A DNA stretch of 64,000 bases from a virus. The first letter of the stretch is position 1; the number at the start of each line of letters is the position of its first letter. This document shows positions 44,067 to 53,594 of this stretch, piece after piece. The position numbers and the translations under genes are program-made. The notes under the pieces are model-generated. The model made no database searches, was not told the origin of the DNA, and worked only from the letters and a program-made list of their open reading frames with translations. The DNA lies in the IMG/VR virus record IMGVR_UViG_3300032893_000001, positions 120,954-184,953 of that record; one strand, 5' to 3'.

Positions 44067-44464
44067 GTTGAGGCTCCTCCGAAGATGACCGCTGACTCTT
44101 CGTAGTCTGCCTCGGACTCCTCGACTTGAACAGCCGGACCGTGCACTTTCGCCAGCACGATGAGGGCCTGAATGGCCTCGTACTCCGCGAAGTACTGCAT
44201 GTAGTCGATTCGTTCGTCGACTCCGTCGGAGACCAAGTAAAGCGATCGCCCCGTTGCCACGTCGCTGACGACGCGCATCAGGGTGTAGATACGGCGGTCG
44301 GCCGCGTCGAATCCAGCCGCGAAGACGTCGGTGTTGTTGCCGACGACGTCTTGCAACGCCTCGAGGCGCTGCTCGAACTGGCTAAGACGCAGGCGCAGGT
44401 GAGGGGTCGGACCCACCACGCCGTCCGCGCCGGGACGGCCGTGCCGTCGTCTCTTCTCTGCCAT
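44063..44464 (-). CDS. hypothetical protein
   Basis: 133 aa. Confidence 0.65.
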   Translation of the reverse strand: MAEKRRRHGRPGADGVVGPTPHLRLRLSQFEQRLEALQDVVGNNTDVFAAGFDAADRRIYTLMRVVSDVATGRSLYLVSDGVDERIDYMQYFAEYEAIQALIVLAKVHGPAVQVEESEADYEESAVIFGGAST

Positions 44465-44747
44465 CTTCTTTCTCCTTCAGACTGTCTGGAAGTTGAGCTT
44501 CGTCCCTCTCTCGAAGCTCGAAGCGCAGCAGTCGCTTGTCTTCTTCGGCCTCGAGGGCGGATAGCATCCCCATGATTTCGGAGAGAGCGTCCTGCGAGAG
44601 GAACCGATCTTGGTAAGGCGCCTCCTCGCAGAGGATCTGCTGCTTCGCGCGCCCATCGACCACGAGGTACCTCTCGGACAGAAGTCGTTGAAGCTCGCGG
44701 AGGCCCGCGCGGCGGTGCAGAATGCGGACGTACTTGTCGTGTCTCAT
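44382..44747 (-). CDS. hypothetical protein
   Basis: MRHDKYVRIL..., ATGA overlap. Confidence 0.6.
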   Translation of the reverse strand: MRHDKYVRILHRRAGLRELQRLLSERYLVVDGRAKQQILCEEAPYQDRFLSQDALSEIMGMLSALEAEEDKRLLRFELRERDEAQLPDSLKEKEDGREETTARPSRRGRRGGSDPSPAPAS

Positions 44748-45394
44748 GCGGTCAAGAACGCGTAGAAGCGCCTGAGCAAGTCGGCCCCTGCCGATGTGTC
44801 CGTGATGATGCGGTTGAGCGGATAGATGTGAAGGGCACGCTTGCGACGAACGCGGTTGAGGTACTCTCCACCTTTCTGCTTCGCCTGCTCGAGCATCGCG
44901 ACGGTGCGGATGTCTTCGTAGGCGTGCTTCAGGTAGATGTCCGCATTGTGGTCCAAGTGCGTGTAGTAGTACAGCAATGCTTCTGCCCACCCACGCATGG
45001 TCAAGTTGGCGACGACTTCTCCGATCACCTCCTTGCCCTTCCATGAGCGCTTGCACGCCGAGCAGAAGTGCAGCGCGTTGATGTTCGCCGCTTCGGGAAT
45101 GATCGCGGAGCAGTTGTTGATGCCGAGCTGCTTGCCAGGGCAGATGTAGATCTTCGCGTCGCCGCCGCCGTGCAGCTTCGAACCGCTCTCCCAGAAGGAG
45201 ATGATGCCCGGAGTCGGCTTGGTGAGCGAACGCGCCTTGCCGAAGAAGAGCTCGATCTTGTACTTGGCGTGCTTCCGGTGCTTCAGAAGCTCATCGAGCG
45301 CCTTCTTCTTGAGCTCGATCGCTTCCTGCTCCTCCTTGGTGAACTCCGTAGGAGCGATCTGCGGCTCGACCCACTTCGTCTCGGACGTTGACAT
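44744..45394 (-). CDS. hypothetical protein
   Basis: 216 aa, 4 Cys. Confidence 0.75.
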   Translation of the reverse strand: MSTSETKWVEPQIAPTEFTKEEQEAIELKKKALDELLKHRKHAKYKIELFFGKARSLTKPTPGIISFWESGSKLHGGGDAKIYICPGKQLGINNCSAIIPEAANINALHFCSACKRSWKGKEVIGEVVANLTMRGWAEALLYYYTHLDHNADIYLKHAYEDIRTVAMLEQAKQKGGEYLNRVRRKRALHIYPLNRIITDTSAGADLLRRFYAFLTA

Positions 45395-45403
45395 GGTGCC
45401 TTC

Positions 45404-45856
45404 CTACACGCGCCTCGAGGGACCGGGGATGAACGGATTCGCACCACCGATGGTGTACGCCCCTCTTCCACCGGCAGCGCTTCGACTGCGCCCAGCCCCC
45501 ATCAGGGGAATCTCCATGACTTCCCCACGGGAGCTCTGCGGAGCAGAAGAGAACGAGTTCATGATGTCTTGAAGATGAGCGGAGATCGGCTGATCGTCCA
45601 CACTCTGGAAGATGAGCCTCCAGGCATAGACGATCTTCCCGTTGCGCGGGAAGTAGAACTTGCTGAAGTCGACCGACCATCCCGGCTGCCGTTGCAGCGC
45701 TTGGTGCGCGAAGTGCATGCCGATCAGCCAATCGCCCATGCGTTCGTTGGGAAGTCGACCGAGTACACGAAGCTGCTTCTTGCCCGACGTGACGTCGCGC
45801 GCTTCGTAGCCGAACTTACTGCGCAGGAGCGTCAGCAGCGGGTTCGTGCTGTCCAT
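45404..45856 (-). CDS. hypothetical protein
   Basis: MDSTNPLL... Confidence 0.7.
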   Translation of the reverse strand: MDSTNPLLTLLRSKFGYEARDVTSGKKQLRVLGRLPNERMGDWLIGMHFAHQALQRQPGWSVDFSKFYFPRNGKIVYAWRLIFQSVDDQPISAHLQDIMNSFSSAPQSSRGEVMEIPLMGAGRSRSAAGGRGAYTIGGANPFIPGPSRRV

Positions 45857-46337
45857 GGGAAACCTCTTGAGGAGAAGGAGTGCAGACGACGAATGCCTTG
45901 TGGTCGCCGAAGAAGAGCTCACGGACGGACGAGAAGTAGATCTTCACGTTGCTCGTCGAGTCCTCGAGCAGGTACGTCTCGCCGTTCGCGAGCACGTCCT
46001 CGACGCTCTCGAAGTGCCACGGGAAGATGTACTCACCCGTCTCGAGCTTGCCGTAGGTAACGTCGAAGTCTCCTGTCGTACCGTCGGGCATGACGACGTG
46101 CAGCTTGCTCGGGTGCATGTGCGCCAGATAGCGATTCAGCGCATCGAGGTCGGTCTCACGAACGATCACCAGCTCTTCCTCTTGAAGAGCACGATCGAGC
46201 GCGGCAATGAGCTGCGTCTTGTCGGAGATCGGCACCGGGGGCTCGTCGGGAGTGATCAACCCCCACTTGCGGAACTGCGCCAAGAACTCGGGCGCGACCA
46301 ACCCCGAGCGAATGATGACACGGGTGAGCTCGTGCAT
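45816..46337 (-). CDS. hypothetical protein
   Basis: MHELTRVII..., GGAGG RBS. Confidence 0.7.
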   Translation of the reverse strand: MHELTRVIIRSGLVAPEFLAQFRKWGLITPDEPPVPISDKTQLIAALDRALQEEELVIVRETDLDALNRYLAHMHPSKLHVVMPDGTTGDFDVTYGKLETGEYIFPWHFESVEDVLANGETYLLEDSTSNVKIYFSSVRELFFGDHKAFVVCTPSPQEVSHGQHEPAADAPAQ

Positions 46338-46338
46338 G

Positions 46339-46887
46339 TCAGCCTCCCTGGCCGTACTGCGGCATGGTGATCTTGAAGCTCTTGCGGGTCTCGGACATCG
46401 GGCTGCCTGGCATGTACCCCGTGCAGAGCACCAGAACGTACGCCGGAATGTTCTCGTCGAACAAGAGTGGAACGCCGTAGAGGCTGTCCTCCGAATGCGC
46501 GATGTTGATTCCCGTCGTGTCGTCGTGCCACTGCCAAAGCGTGGTCTTCGGATTGGTGACGAAGGAGATGGGGTACAGCTTCTCGTACGACGCTGCCTGA
46601 AACATCTTGGCGATCGCGAACGCAGCAACCCGCTCTTCGGGGAGCTCCTTGAGCTGAGCGTTGCGAATGATCGTCGAGGGGTAGAGGCTGCTGAAGTCGA
46701 GATCCGCCGGGCGAACCGCCTCCCCTTTTCGAACCACGCGAGCATAGCGAACACGCCCGTTGCCATCGATGTTGATGTACTGCACACGCGGCAACTTCAG
46801 AAGACCGCGGATGACCGCGACGAAACCGTCGATGCCGGTACCCCGCGGGACCTCGATCGTGTCGGACTGCTCTTGGAACTCGCTCAT
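46339..46887 (-). CDS. hypothetical protein
   Basis: 182 aa. Confidence 0.75.
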   Translation of the reverse strand: MSEFQEQSDTIEVPRGTGIDGFVAVIRGLLKLPRVQYINIDGNGRVRYARVVRKGEAVRPADLDFSSLYPSTIIRNAQLKELPEERVAAFAIAKMFQAASYEKLYPISFVTNPKTTLWQWHDDTTGINIAHSEDSLYGVPLLFDENIPAYVLVLCTGYMPGSPMSETRKSFKITMPQYGQGG

Positions 46888-47057
46888 CAGATCTGCTCCG
46901 CTTCGAACGGTTTCTTCTCCGACTCTTCCTGCTCGAGCGCAGAACGAAAGGCCGCCTCCACGAACTGCGTGAGCGTGATGCCGCGTCGGCGAACGAGCTT
47001 CTTGGCTCGCTCGAGCAGCTTCTGGTCGATACGCATATGGATGCGGCCGTTCTTCAT
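46887..47057 (-). CDS. ribbon-helix-helix protein (56 aa)
   Basis: MKNGRIHMRIDQKLLERAKKLVRRRGITLTQFVEAAF; fills gap with start/stop overlaps. Confidence 0.75.
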   Translation of the reverse strand: MKNGRIHMRIDQKLLERAKKLVRRRGITLTQFVEAAFRSALEQEESEKKPFEAEQI

Positions 47058-47311
47058 TCGATTGTCACGAACTTGAGAGAGTCGAGGTAGTCACGCAACC
47101 CTTTCATGGAAGGGAAGCGCTGAGCAAAGAAGTCCACGACCAGGTCGTGTGCCTCATCGAGGACTTCTTCGGTAAGTGGTTTGCCGACGAGCTTGTCCGC
47201 AAGCGCCTTCTCGAGCTCGTTCTTGAGCGGGGTGTTGATACCGATCCACGTCGGCAACCACGTGTAGTTCAGCTCCACCACCCCCGTCTCGGGGGAAACG
47301 ACGAGCCTCAT
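47054..47311 (-). CDS. hypothetical protein
   Basis: 85 aa, coupled. Confidence 0.7.
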   Translation of the reverse strand: MRLVVSPETGVVELNYTWLPTWIGINTPLKNELEKALADKLVGKPLTEEVLDEAHDLVVDFFAQRFPSMKGLRDYLDSLKFVTIE

Positions 47312-47643
47312 CGAACATCGACCTCCATCCCCGGAGGGATGACGAAGAGAACGTCGGTGGCGCGAATGAGCCCGAGGTCGTCTCCGAGATCTTGGAGAAT
47401 CCCAGCGACGGTCTTGCCCTGCTGCGTCTCGAGCGTCTCGCGGAAGAACGCCACGCGCTCTCCGACCTGAACGTCGGGAGGAGTGCGCACGTTCTTGTCG
47501 CGGTAGACTCGACCAGGCCCAACAGCGAGGACCTCACCGGCACGCACGCGCGTCCCGTTCGGCACGATGATGCTCCCTATCATCTCGGGAATCGGCTCGC
47601 ACCGAACGAGCACCCAGTCATTGAGCGGACGAATCGTCGGCAT
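47308..47643 (-). CDS. groES: co-chaperonin GroES-like
   Basis: IRPLNDWVLV, GSIIVP, GEVLAVGPGR, VQVGERV, IRATDVL. Confidence 0.88.
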   Translation of the reverse strand: MPTIRPLNDWVLVRCEPIPEMIGSIIVPNGTRVRAGEVLAVGPGRVYRDKNVRTPPDVQVGERVAFFRETLETQQGKTVAGILQDLGDDLGLIRATDVLFVIPPGMEVDVR

Positions 47644-47980
47644 CGTCTTCCTCTCCCGCCATCACGTCGACCGCATCGCTCTTCGGAAGCGGGTCGACCG
47701 ACTGCCCGTTGCCGATCTTCGCGAGCACGCCCTTCTTCACCCACTCCGCCGCGGGCTTGAGCGAGGCCGCCCAATCGATGCCGTTCGGCGGGAAGTAGAA
47801 CTGGTCGCCGACTTTGACCAGAACGTTGACACGCGGCGTGCCGTTCTCGTCGAAGTACTGCACGGCGTACTGCTCCATCGGAACGACGTTCGCCACCGTG
47901 CGCGGAGAGCCGCGTCCATCAGCCGGCGTGGGGGCCTGACCGACACCGCGCATTCGAGGGTGGTTGGGACCTTGCATCAT
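47618..47980 (-). CDS. hypothetical protein
   Basis: MMQGPNHPRM... Confidence 0.65.
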   Translation of the reverse strand: MMQGPNHPRMRGVGQAPTPADGRGSPRTVANVVPMEQYAVQYFDENGTPRVNVLVKVGDQFYFPPNGIDWAASLKPAAEWVKKGVLAKIGNGQSVDPLPKSDAVDVMAGEEDDADDSSAQ

Positions 47981-48663
47981 GACATCTTCTCCTTCTTCCA
48001 TTGTTCGAACAGCGCCTCGAGGTCGGCGCGGGTGATCCAACCATGCGACTTGTTCCATTCGCGCGGCAGGTAGTAGCGATCGAGCTTGAGCCCGAGGAGG
48101 TCCTCGACTTTGACGACGGCCCACTTCTCCGTGAAGCGAACGGGCATCGTCAACTTGCACTTCTTCTTGCAGTTGAAGACAAACTCGGTGTCGACGGTGC
48201 TCCACAAACCGCAGCACGGGCACTCGAGCTCCGCTGTGCCACCCGTTCCGCGCACTCGAGCGTAGACCTCGTCTCCGAATCCGTTCGCAAGCGCGTCGTG
48301 CCCCGCCACGAAGATGGGCGTAAGCGGCGCCGGCTTCTCCTTGCGCAGATCGATGTGGATCGGGGGGATGTTCATCAAGCGGATGACCGATACCGGGTCT
48401 GAGCGAAGAAGCTCGACGGTCGGATTGTCGAAGACGAACGGCTTCAAACCGCCGCGATCGGTTCGCTCCATGATCAACTTGCTGACCTTGTGCTTGTTCA
48501 ACTCCTCGCTGACCGTTCCCATCATGCGGTTGAACCCGATGCGATCGATCGCATGAAGTTGCTGTGCAGGAAAGGACCCGTCCTCCCAGCGAAGCAAGAT
48601 CTCCCCCGTGCAGGTGTCGCCCTCGTCGTGGCGGTAACGGATGACCATCTCAGGCAGGCTCAT
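47977..48663 (-). CDS. hypothetical protein with zinc ribbon
   Basis: CPCCG...CKKKC. Confidence 0.7.
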   Translation of the reverse strand: MSLPEMVIRYRHDEGDTCTGEILLRWEDGSFPAQQLHAIDRIGFNRMMGTVSEELNKHKVSKLIMERTDRGGLKPFVFDNPTVELLRSDPVSVIRLMNIPPIHIDLRKEKPAPLTPIFVAGHDALANGFGDEVYARVRGTGGTAELECPCCGLWSTVDTEFVFNCKKKCKLTMPVRFTEKWAVVKVEDLLGLKLDRYYLPREWNKSHGWITRADLEALFEQWKKEKMS

Positions 48664-49132
48664 CGAACTCCTCGAGCACCTTCTCGGTGTGCTTGATCGG
48701 AAGCGTTAGGCGGTAGGCGGTAGCGCCGTGGCTGCCCGCTGCGAAGTAGAGACGGCGACCGTCATCGAACTCCACGTGCTCGAGGCAATACCGACGAGTC
48801 CCCTCGATCGAATGCCCGATGACCTTCACGATGCGCTGATCGAGCAGGACCTTGGTCACGCTCTCGATCGTGCAGTCCTGCTCCTCTGGAAGACCCATCC
48901 CGTTGAGCGCCTGGAAGAGCTCCTGGGCTTCCAAGTCTCGCAACGACGGCAACGTACGAACGTCGATGTCGCTTTCGAGCACGCCGGTGGCCGCCGCTTC
49001 ACAGGACGGGCACGTGTACCTGTTGGGCCAGAACGAGCTAGAAGCTCCGACGAGGTGGTTGACCTCGACCGGGTCTCCCATGACTCGGAAGGCGGCGCCG
49101 CAAGATGCGTTCGAGCAGACGACGACGATCAT
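48650..49132 (-). CDS. zinc-ribbon hypothetical protein
   Basis: CSNASC...CPSC. Confidence 0.7.
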   Translation of the reverse strand: MIVVVCSNASCGAAFRVMGDPVEVNHLVGASSSFWPNRYTCPSCEAAATGVLESDIDVRTLPSLRDLEAQELFQALNGMGLPEEQDCTIESVTKVLLDQRIVKVIGHSIEGTRRYCLEHVEFDDGRRLYFAAGSHGATAYRLTLPIKHTEKVLEEFDEPA

Positions 49133-49668
49133 ATCGAGGAGACTCCGTCTTCGTCCGCTTCGGAACCACTGCCGGTCACCTCTCCAGGGTCCATTCCCGC
49201 ACGCGGCACGATGGGGTACCCGAACTCGTTCATCGACACCTGACGACCGCGAGAAGAGACTTGGGGCTGAGGAGGAGGACCGAGCGTTCCACTGACGACG
49301 GGTCCGCCGAACACAGCGGCAGCTTCCGCGTCATCGTCGCCGGCGAAGGAGCGCGCTTCTTCGTTTCCGTAACTCGGACGAGGCATGCCGGTAGGCATGC
49401 CTGATGTAGGAGCAGGAGACACGTACCCGATCGGCGAGGGCTCTTCGACTTCTTCGGGCTCCGGCGCGGGCGCCGCGTAGGAAGGCTCCGGCATCTCTTC
49501 TTGGCGAGGAGCTTCCCAGCGCGTTGCTCGAATGACCTCCAGCGACTCGTTGTTGTCGATCGGAAGCTCGATCATCTTGCCGTTCGGCAAGCGCAGCGAG
49601 ATGGAGTTCTGCATCTCCCCGCTGTTCAGGTCGAGCTTTTGCTGAAGAGAGACAAGTTCTACTTGCAT
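49129..49668 (-). CDS. hypothetical protein, acidic/Pro-rich
   Basis: MQVELVSLQQK... Confidence 0.7.
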   Translation of the reverse strand: MQVELVSLQQKLDLNSGEMQNSISLRLPNGKMIELPIDNNESLEVIRATRWEAPRQEEMPEPSYAAPAPEPEEVEEPSPIGYVSPAPTSGMPTGMPRPSYGNEEARSFAGDDDAEAAAVFGGPVVSGTLGPPPQPQVSSRGRQVSMNEFGYPIVPRAGMDPGEVTGSGSEADEDGVSSI

Positions 49669-49670
49669 GG

Positions 49671-49976
49671 CTACCTCGGTTGAGGCGGCGGGATGTTGGC
49701 TCCCGGCTGCTGATTGAGGGCGCGGTGCGCCATGCTGGTCAGGATGACCAGGTGCTTGCCACCGCGATGCACGTTCACGAGCAGGTGGCAGTGCGCCCAC
49801 TGCTGACCACGAAGCTCGGGGTCGTTCTGGGGCGCAGGGTTCAAGTAGGCCATGCACGCCGGACCACAGAGACGAAGCTGGTCCATGAAGCAGTACAGCC
49901 CCGATCCCTCCTCCGCCGTCTCGCGCTGCTCGAGCATTCCCGTTCCAGGTACGGGCTTAGGCTGATTGCTTTCCAT
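49671..49976 (-). CDS. hypothetical protein
   Basis: CFMD...C...CMA...C. Confidence 0.65.
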   Translation of the reverse strand: MESNQPKPVPGTGMLEQRETAEEGSGLYCFMDQLRLCGPACMAYLNPAPQNDPELRGQQWAHCHLLVNVHRGGKHLVILTSMAHRALNQQPGANIPPPQPR

Positions 49977-50358
49977 CGCGAGCGCGCTCCTTTTCGATGC
50001 TGGCGCGCTCCTCGAGGACAGCGCGCACGATGGCGCGGGCTACCACGGTGAGGTAGCGCGCCAGAATCGTCATCTGCTCCTTCTGGTTCTCCGAAGGCAA
50101 GAACCCCCACTTCAACAGGAAGTGCGCGAAGGGGGTGGCGATCGTCTTGGACATGAGCAACCGCAGGTCGGAGACGAAGTGACCGTAGACTTCGCCAGGG
50201 CCACCTTCCTCGTGCATGAACTGAGAAGAAAGGAGCTCGGACTTGCGACCGCTCCAGCCGCACGCGTTGCAACGCGCGCCCTCGTCGGACAACTCGGAGA
50301 AGTCGACGAGGGGGCTCGCGCACTCGGGGCAGAAGGCAGCTTGTGCAGTTTTGTTCAT
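49957..50358 (-). CDS. zinc-ribbon hypothetical protein
   Basis: CPEC...CNACGW. Confidence 0.7.
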   Translation of the reverse strand: MNKTAQAAFCPECASPLVDFSELSDEGARCNACGWSGRKSELLSSQFMHEEGGPGEVYGHFVSDLRLLMSKTIATPFAHFLLKWGFLPSENQKEQMTILARYLTVVARAIVRAVLEERASIEKERARDGKQSA

Positions 50359-50783
50359 CGTGGAACAGCCGGTTTGAGTTTCGAGGACAGGCGACTGGCC
50401 AACTCCGTGTTGGCCTGCCGCTGAACGACCTTGGTCTTGAGACGACTTCGGAACTTGTTGTCGTGCTGCGCAGTGATCTGAAGAGGCCCTCGTTTGATCT
50501 CCTCTTGGAGCCTCTTGATGACTTCGGCTTCGTCTCGCTTCTTGGCAACCTGCACCCAGGGGAAAGCGAGCTTGAAGAAGTCTGCCCACGCCTCGGGGCC
50601 AGCGTCTTGCTTGAGCATGCCTTGCAGCAACGCTCGGGTCTTCGCAGCCTCGATCTCTTCTTTCTTCAAGATCACTAGGCTGAGAACCGACTCCTGAATC
50701 GACCCATGCTTGGGCATCGAGCGAAGCGTCAACAACAGCAGGTTCGCCCGTGCCCAGCCTTCAGGAGTCTCTAGCCATTTTTT
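50355..50783 (-). CDS. tail assembly chaperone -1 frameshift extension (GT-like)
   Basis: open -1 frame from slippery A AAA AAT at 50777-50783; no own RBS/ATG. Confidence 0.7.
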   Translation of the reverse strand, partial: KKWLETPEGWARANLLLLTLRSMPKHGSIQESVLSLVILKKEEIEAAKTRALLQGMLKQDAGPEAWADFFKLAFPWVQVAKKRDEAEVIKRLQEEIKRGPLQITAQHDNKFRSRLKTKVVQRQANTELASRLSSKLKPAVPR

Positions 50784-51979
50784 ACGCGCTCCGCGACGAA
50801 CAGCTTGCGAACGCGCACGTCGAACCAGAAGTAGTTGGCGCCCAAGCTGGCGATCATCGGCAGCGGGAAGCGCAGAATCTTGGCGAACTTCTTCCAGAAC
50901 TTCTCGTCGTTGAATCCTTTCTCGTCTCGATGATCCGGGAGCGGCAAGCGATTGACCGCGCGCAGCGCGCAGGTGATGCCCATCAGAGCGAACTTGTCGA
51001 GCAGGTAGCGGTCATCGACCTTGAGCGAGTTCGCCTCCTCGATGATGAGGCGCTTGATCGCAAGGTCGTCTTCCGCGGACACCGACTGGAACTCCGGCTC
51101 GAAGACGCCCGGCTGAATCGGCACGATCTGCGAGATCATCCCGTGCGTGATGAGCTCACTCAGATCGAGCGGCCTGAGACGCTCCTCGATGATCGAACGC
51201 TGCTCGTCGTTCTGAATCAGGTTGCGAACCATCCGCTCGTGCAGCGCGTCCATGTCGAGCGCGCTCATCATCGTGTCGATCTCGGTCTTCGAGCTCAGGC
51301 CACTGCCCGCCTTGGCGGCTTCGCCAGCGACACTCGCTTTGGATGCCTCCTCCGCCTCCTTGTCCCCATTGTCGGCAGCGACCTGACCTGCCTTCTTCTG
51401 GAGCTCCTCGAAGGTCTTCAGGCCCTCGACGGTCTCGGGGCTGAGGCCCTTGGGAGGAGCGCCGGGCGCCTGCTTGACCAGCATCTGCGGAGGAATGCGC
51501 TGGTTGCCGCGCATGACGCCGTACTTGCGCGCGAGCTCGGGCTGAGCGGATGCGTACATCGATCCGTAGCCCTGCTGAAACGCGGGGTCCTGCGTGGCCT
51601 CCATCGGAAGCAGGTCCGCAGGCTGGATGCTGAGAGGCCCGTTGGCAGGGGCCGCGCGAGGCGGCGGCGGCGGCGGGGGCATCTGCTCGGGATGCCCGAT
51701 CGGCGGCGCAGCAGGCTCGAAGATACTTGCTTGCCCCTGCTGCGGCGCATGCATGGCGCGGCGTTGCGCGGCCGCTTGCTGCGCCATGGTCTGGCCCTCG
51801 ATGTGCTGCGAATCGAGAAGCGGAATCGGCGGTGTGGGGCCGCCCGCCGGTGGCTCGTTGTACTTCGGCAGCTCTTGCGGCTGCCGGCGTTGCGTCGCAC
51901 CGCGCTGATACGCGGCCGCGCGCGGGTCAGTGACGCGCGGGTCGACGTGAGGAAGCTTGGTCTCATTCTTGTTGGACAT
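50771..51979 (-). CDS. tail assembly chaperone (G-like) with Pro-rich N-terminus
   Basis: C-terminal helical domain ending ..RVKNG at slippery site. Confidence 0.65.
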   Translation of the reverse strand: MSNKNETKLPHVDPRVTDPRAAAYQRGATQRRQPQELPKYNEPPAGGPTPPIPLLDSQHIEGQTMAQQAAAQRRAMHAPQQGQASIFEPAAPPIGHPEQMPPPPPPPRAAPANGPLSIQPADLLPMEATQDPAFQQGYGSMYASAQPELARKYGVMRGNQRIPPQMLVKQAPGAPPKGLSPETVEGLKTFEELQKKAGQVAADNGDKEAEEASKASVAGEAAKAGSGLSSKTEIDTMMSALDMDALHERMVRNLIQNDEQRSIIEERLRPLDLSELITHGMISQIVPIQPGVFEPEFQSVSAEDDLAIKRLIIEEANSLKVDDRYLLDKFALMGITCALRAVNRLPLPDHRDEKGFNDEKFWKKFAKILRFPLPMIASLGANYFWFDVRVRKLFVAERVKNG

Positions 51980-52023
51980 GGAACCTCAGAAGCGTGTGTA
52001 CAACGTGTGTGCAGGATGGACAG

Positions 52024-52051
52024 AAAAAGAGACGACGTCAAGTCGTCTCTT
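52024..52051 (-). terminator. intrinsic terminator
   Basis: AAGAGACGAC-TTGAC-GTCGTCTCTT followed by T tract. Confidence 0.75.
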
Positions 52052-52054
52052 CGA

Positions 52055-52450
52055 TCACTTCTTTCGACGTGCCATCTCGTCGTTGAAGAGCGCGAGAAGG
52101 AGCTCGGAGGTGGTAAGCTTCTCCGGCGCTTCCAGCGCACGCCCGACGGTCAAGCCCCGGTAGCAGAAGGGCACTTCCCACATCTCGGAAGGGAATCCGC
52201 CGACGTAGAGAAGCGGCCCCGGAATCTTCAGGTCGTAGTTGTCCTCGAGGGACATCGACATCAAGAGCTGAGTGATCGGCATGCCCTGAATCAGGTACAT
52301 GTGCGCGCTGTTGTACAGGCGCAGCTTCGGAATGTAGATCCGAACCCACTTGATGTCCCCGTGCGGCGTCGAAGTCACGACTGGCTGAACGTCGAGACCC
52401 ACAGCGCAGCCGACATCCGCCTCCCACCCCTCGAGACGAGCTCGAATCAC
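52055..52450 (-). CDS. hypothetical protein
   Basis: GTG start overlapping upstream stop. Confidence 0.6.
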   Translation of the reverse strand: MIRARLEGWEADVGCAVGLDVQPVVTSTPHGDIKWVRIYIPKLRLYNSAHMYLIQGMPITQLLMSMSLEDNYDLKIPGPLLYVGGFPSEMWEVPFCYRGLTVGRALEAPEKLTTSELLLALFNDEMARRKK

Positions 52451-52701
52451 TCGGTCGGGATTTTGGTGAAGCCGACGGGCGGCTTGGGCTTCGGCGACTC
52501 GGGCGCCTTCGTGATCTGCATCATGTGCCTCTTGCATAGGGGACACCTTCCGTACACGGGGTTGCTGGACTGGAACTGAAGCTTGTCGCCGATCTTCAGA
52601 CCGGCCGAGTGTGCTTCGTCGAAGATGATGCGACCCTTACAGTCCTCGAACGTGCAGCGCGCTTCGAACTGCGCGAAGATCGGGTTCTTGGCAACTTTCA
52701 C
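52447..52701 (-). CDS. zinc-ribbon protein
   Basis: CTFEDC...CPLC; AAGGAGG RBS. Confidence 0.65.
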   Translation of the reverse strand: MKVAKNPIFAQFEARCTFEDCKGRIIFDEAHSAGLKIGDKLQFQSSNPVYGRCPLCKRHMMQITKAPESPKPKPPVGFTKIPTE

Positions 52702-53033
52702 GGGGGCACCTCCTTGACGTCTTTCTTCTGACGCTTCTCTGCGAGCTCGATGAGGGAGCGCATCAACTCGGACTTCGGAATGTCTCCACTCTCGGCAGGT
52801 CCGAGCTGAAGACGTCCTTCGATCAACGCCAACCGGATCGTTTCGCTCGCGAGCGTGAGCATCATCTTCAGCTCTCGCTCGAGACGCGTGAAGGCACGCG
52901 TTGCAATCTCGTGGCAACCGCCGCAAACGAAGACTCCTTGAAAGAGCTTCGCTGCGTCGTGCTTCACCGGCGTCTTGCAGTTCATGCAAGGCAGCGGGGC
53001 TAGGGGGTCGAGTCTTCCTGCGTTGCTCTCCAT
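52698..53033 (-). CDS. zinc-finger protein
   Basis: CMNC...CGGC. Confidence 0.65.
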   Translation of the reverse strand: MESNAGRLDPLAPLPCMNCKTPVKHDAAKLFQGVFVCGGCHEIATRAFTRLERELKMMLTLASETIRLALIEGRLQLGPAESGDIPKSELMRSLIELAEKRQKKDVKEVPP

Positions 53034-53233
53034 GTGACCTCGTCGTCGATAGCGATGATGCGAATGATACGGGTAGGCAACGTCAGGCACGCGCCACTCA
53101 CATTCACTAGCACCATGTCGTTGGCGCGGAGAAGCTGCGGACCGAGAACCTTGAAGACCTCGCTGCGCTCCATGTCCGGAAACGAGTAGCGGCCTCCGGT
53201 CTTCGTTTCGATTCCCACGGTGCAGAGCGCCAC
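53000..53233 (-). CDS. hypothetical protein
   Basis: 77 aa, GGAGG RBS. Confidence 0.6.
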   Translation of the reverse strand: MALCTVGIETKTGGRYSFPDMERSEVFKVLGPQLLRANDMVLVNVSGACLTLPTRIIRIIAIDDEVTWRATQEDSTP

Positions 53234-53234
53234 G

Positions 53235-53594
53235 TCAGCCTCCGTACAACGCAGGCTCGCCGCGCACGATCTCGCTCTCGGTGACGAAGAGCTGCCCGGC
53301 TTCGTTCAGCGTCCACCACTGAGGGCCGGACTCCAGTGCCATGGGCCACCACACTTCGAGCTCGCCTACGACCTTGCCCGGAACCGCGCGTCCGATAGAG
53401 GCCAAGAACTCGCAGAAGTTGCCTTCTTCTCCGACGCCCAGCGTGTCCTCCCCGACAACCAACGAGAGCCCGGACTCCTTCTTCACGAGCTGCGTCTGGA
53501 CGTCGTACTTCAACGCCAGCTCGTAAAGGGTGTTGATCACGGGCATCTCGGGTGTCACGAGCAACGCGCCGTCGACCGCAAGGAACTTCTTCAT
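53235..53594 (-). CDS. hypothetical protein
   Basis: MKKFLAVDG..., TGATG overlap. Confidence 0.65.
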   Translation of the reverse strand: MKKFLAVDGALLVTPEMPVINTLYELALKYDVQTQLVKKESGLSLVVGEDTLGVGEEGNFCEFLASIGRAVPGKVVGELEVWWPMALESGPQWWTLNEAGQLFVTESEIVRGEPALYGG

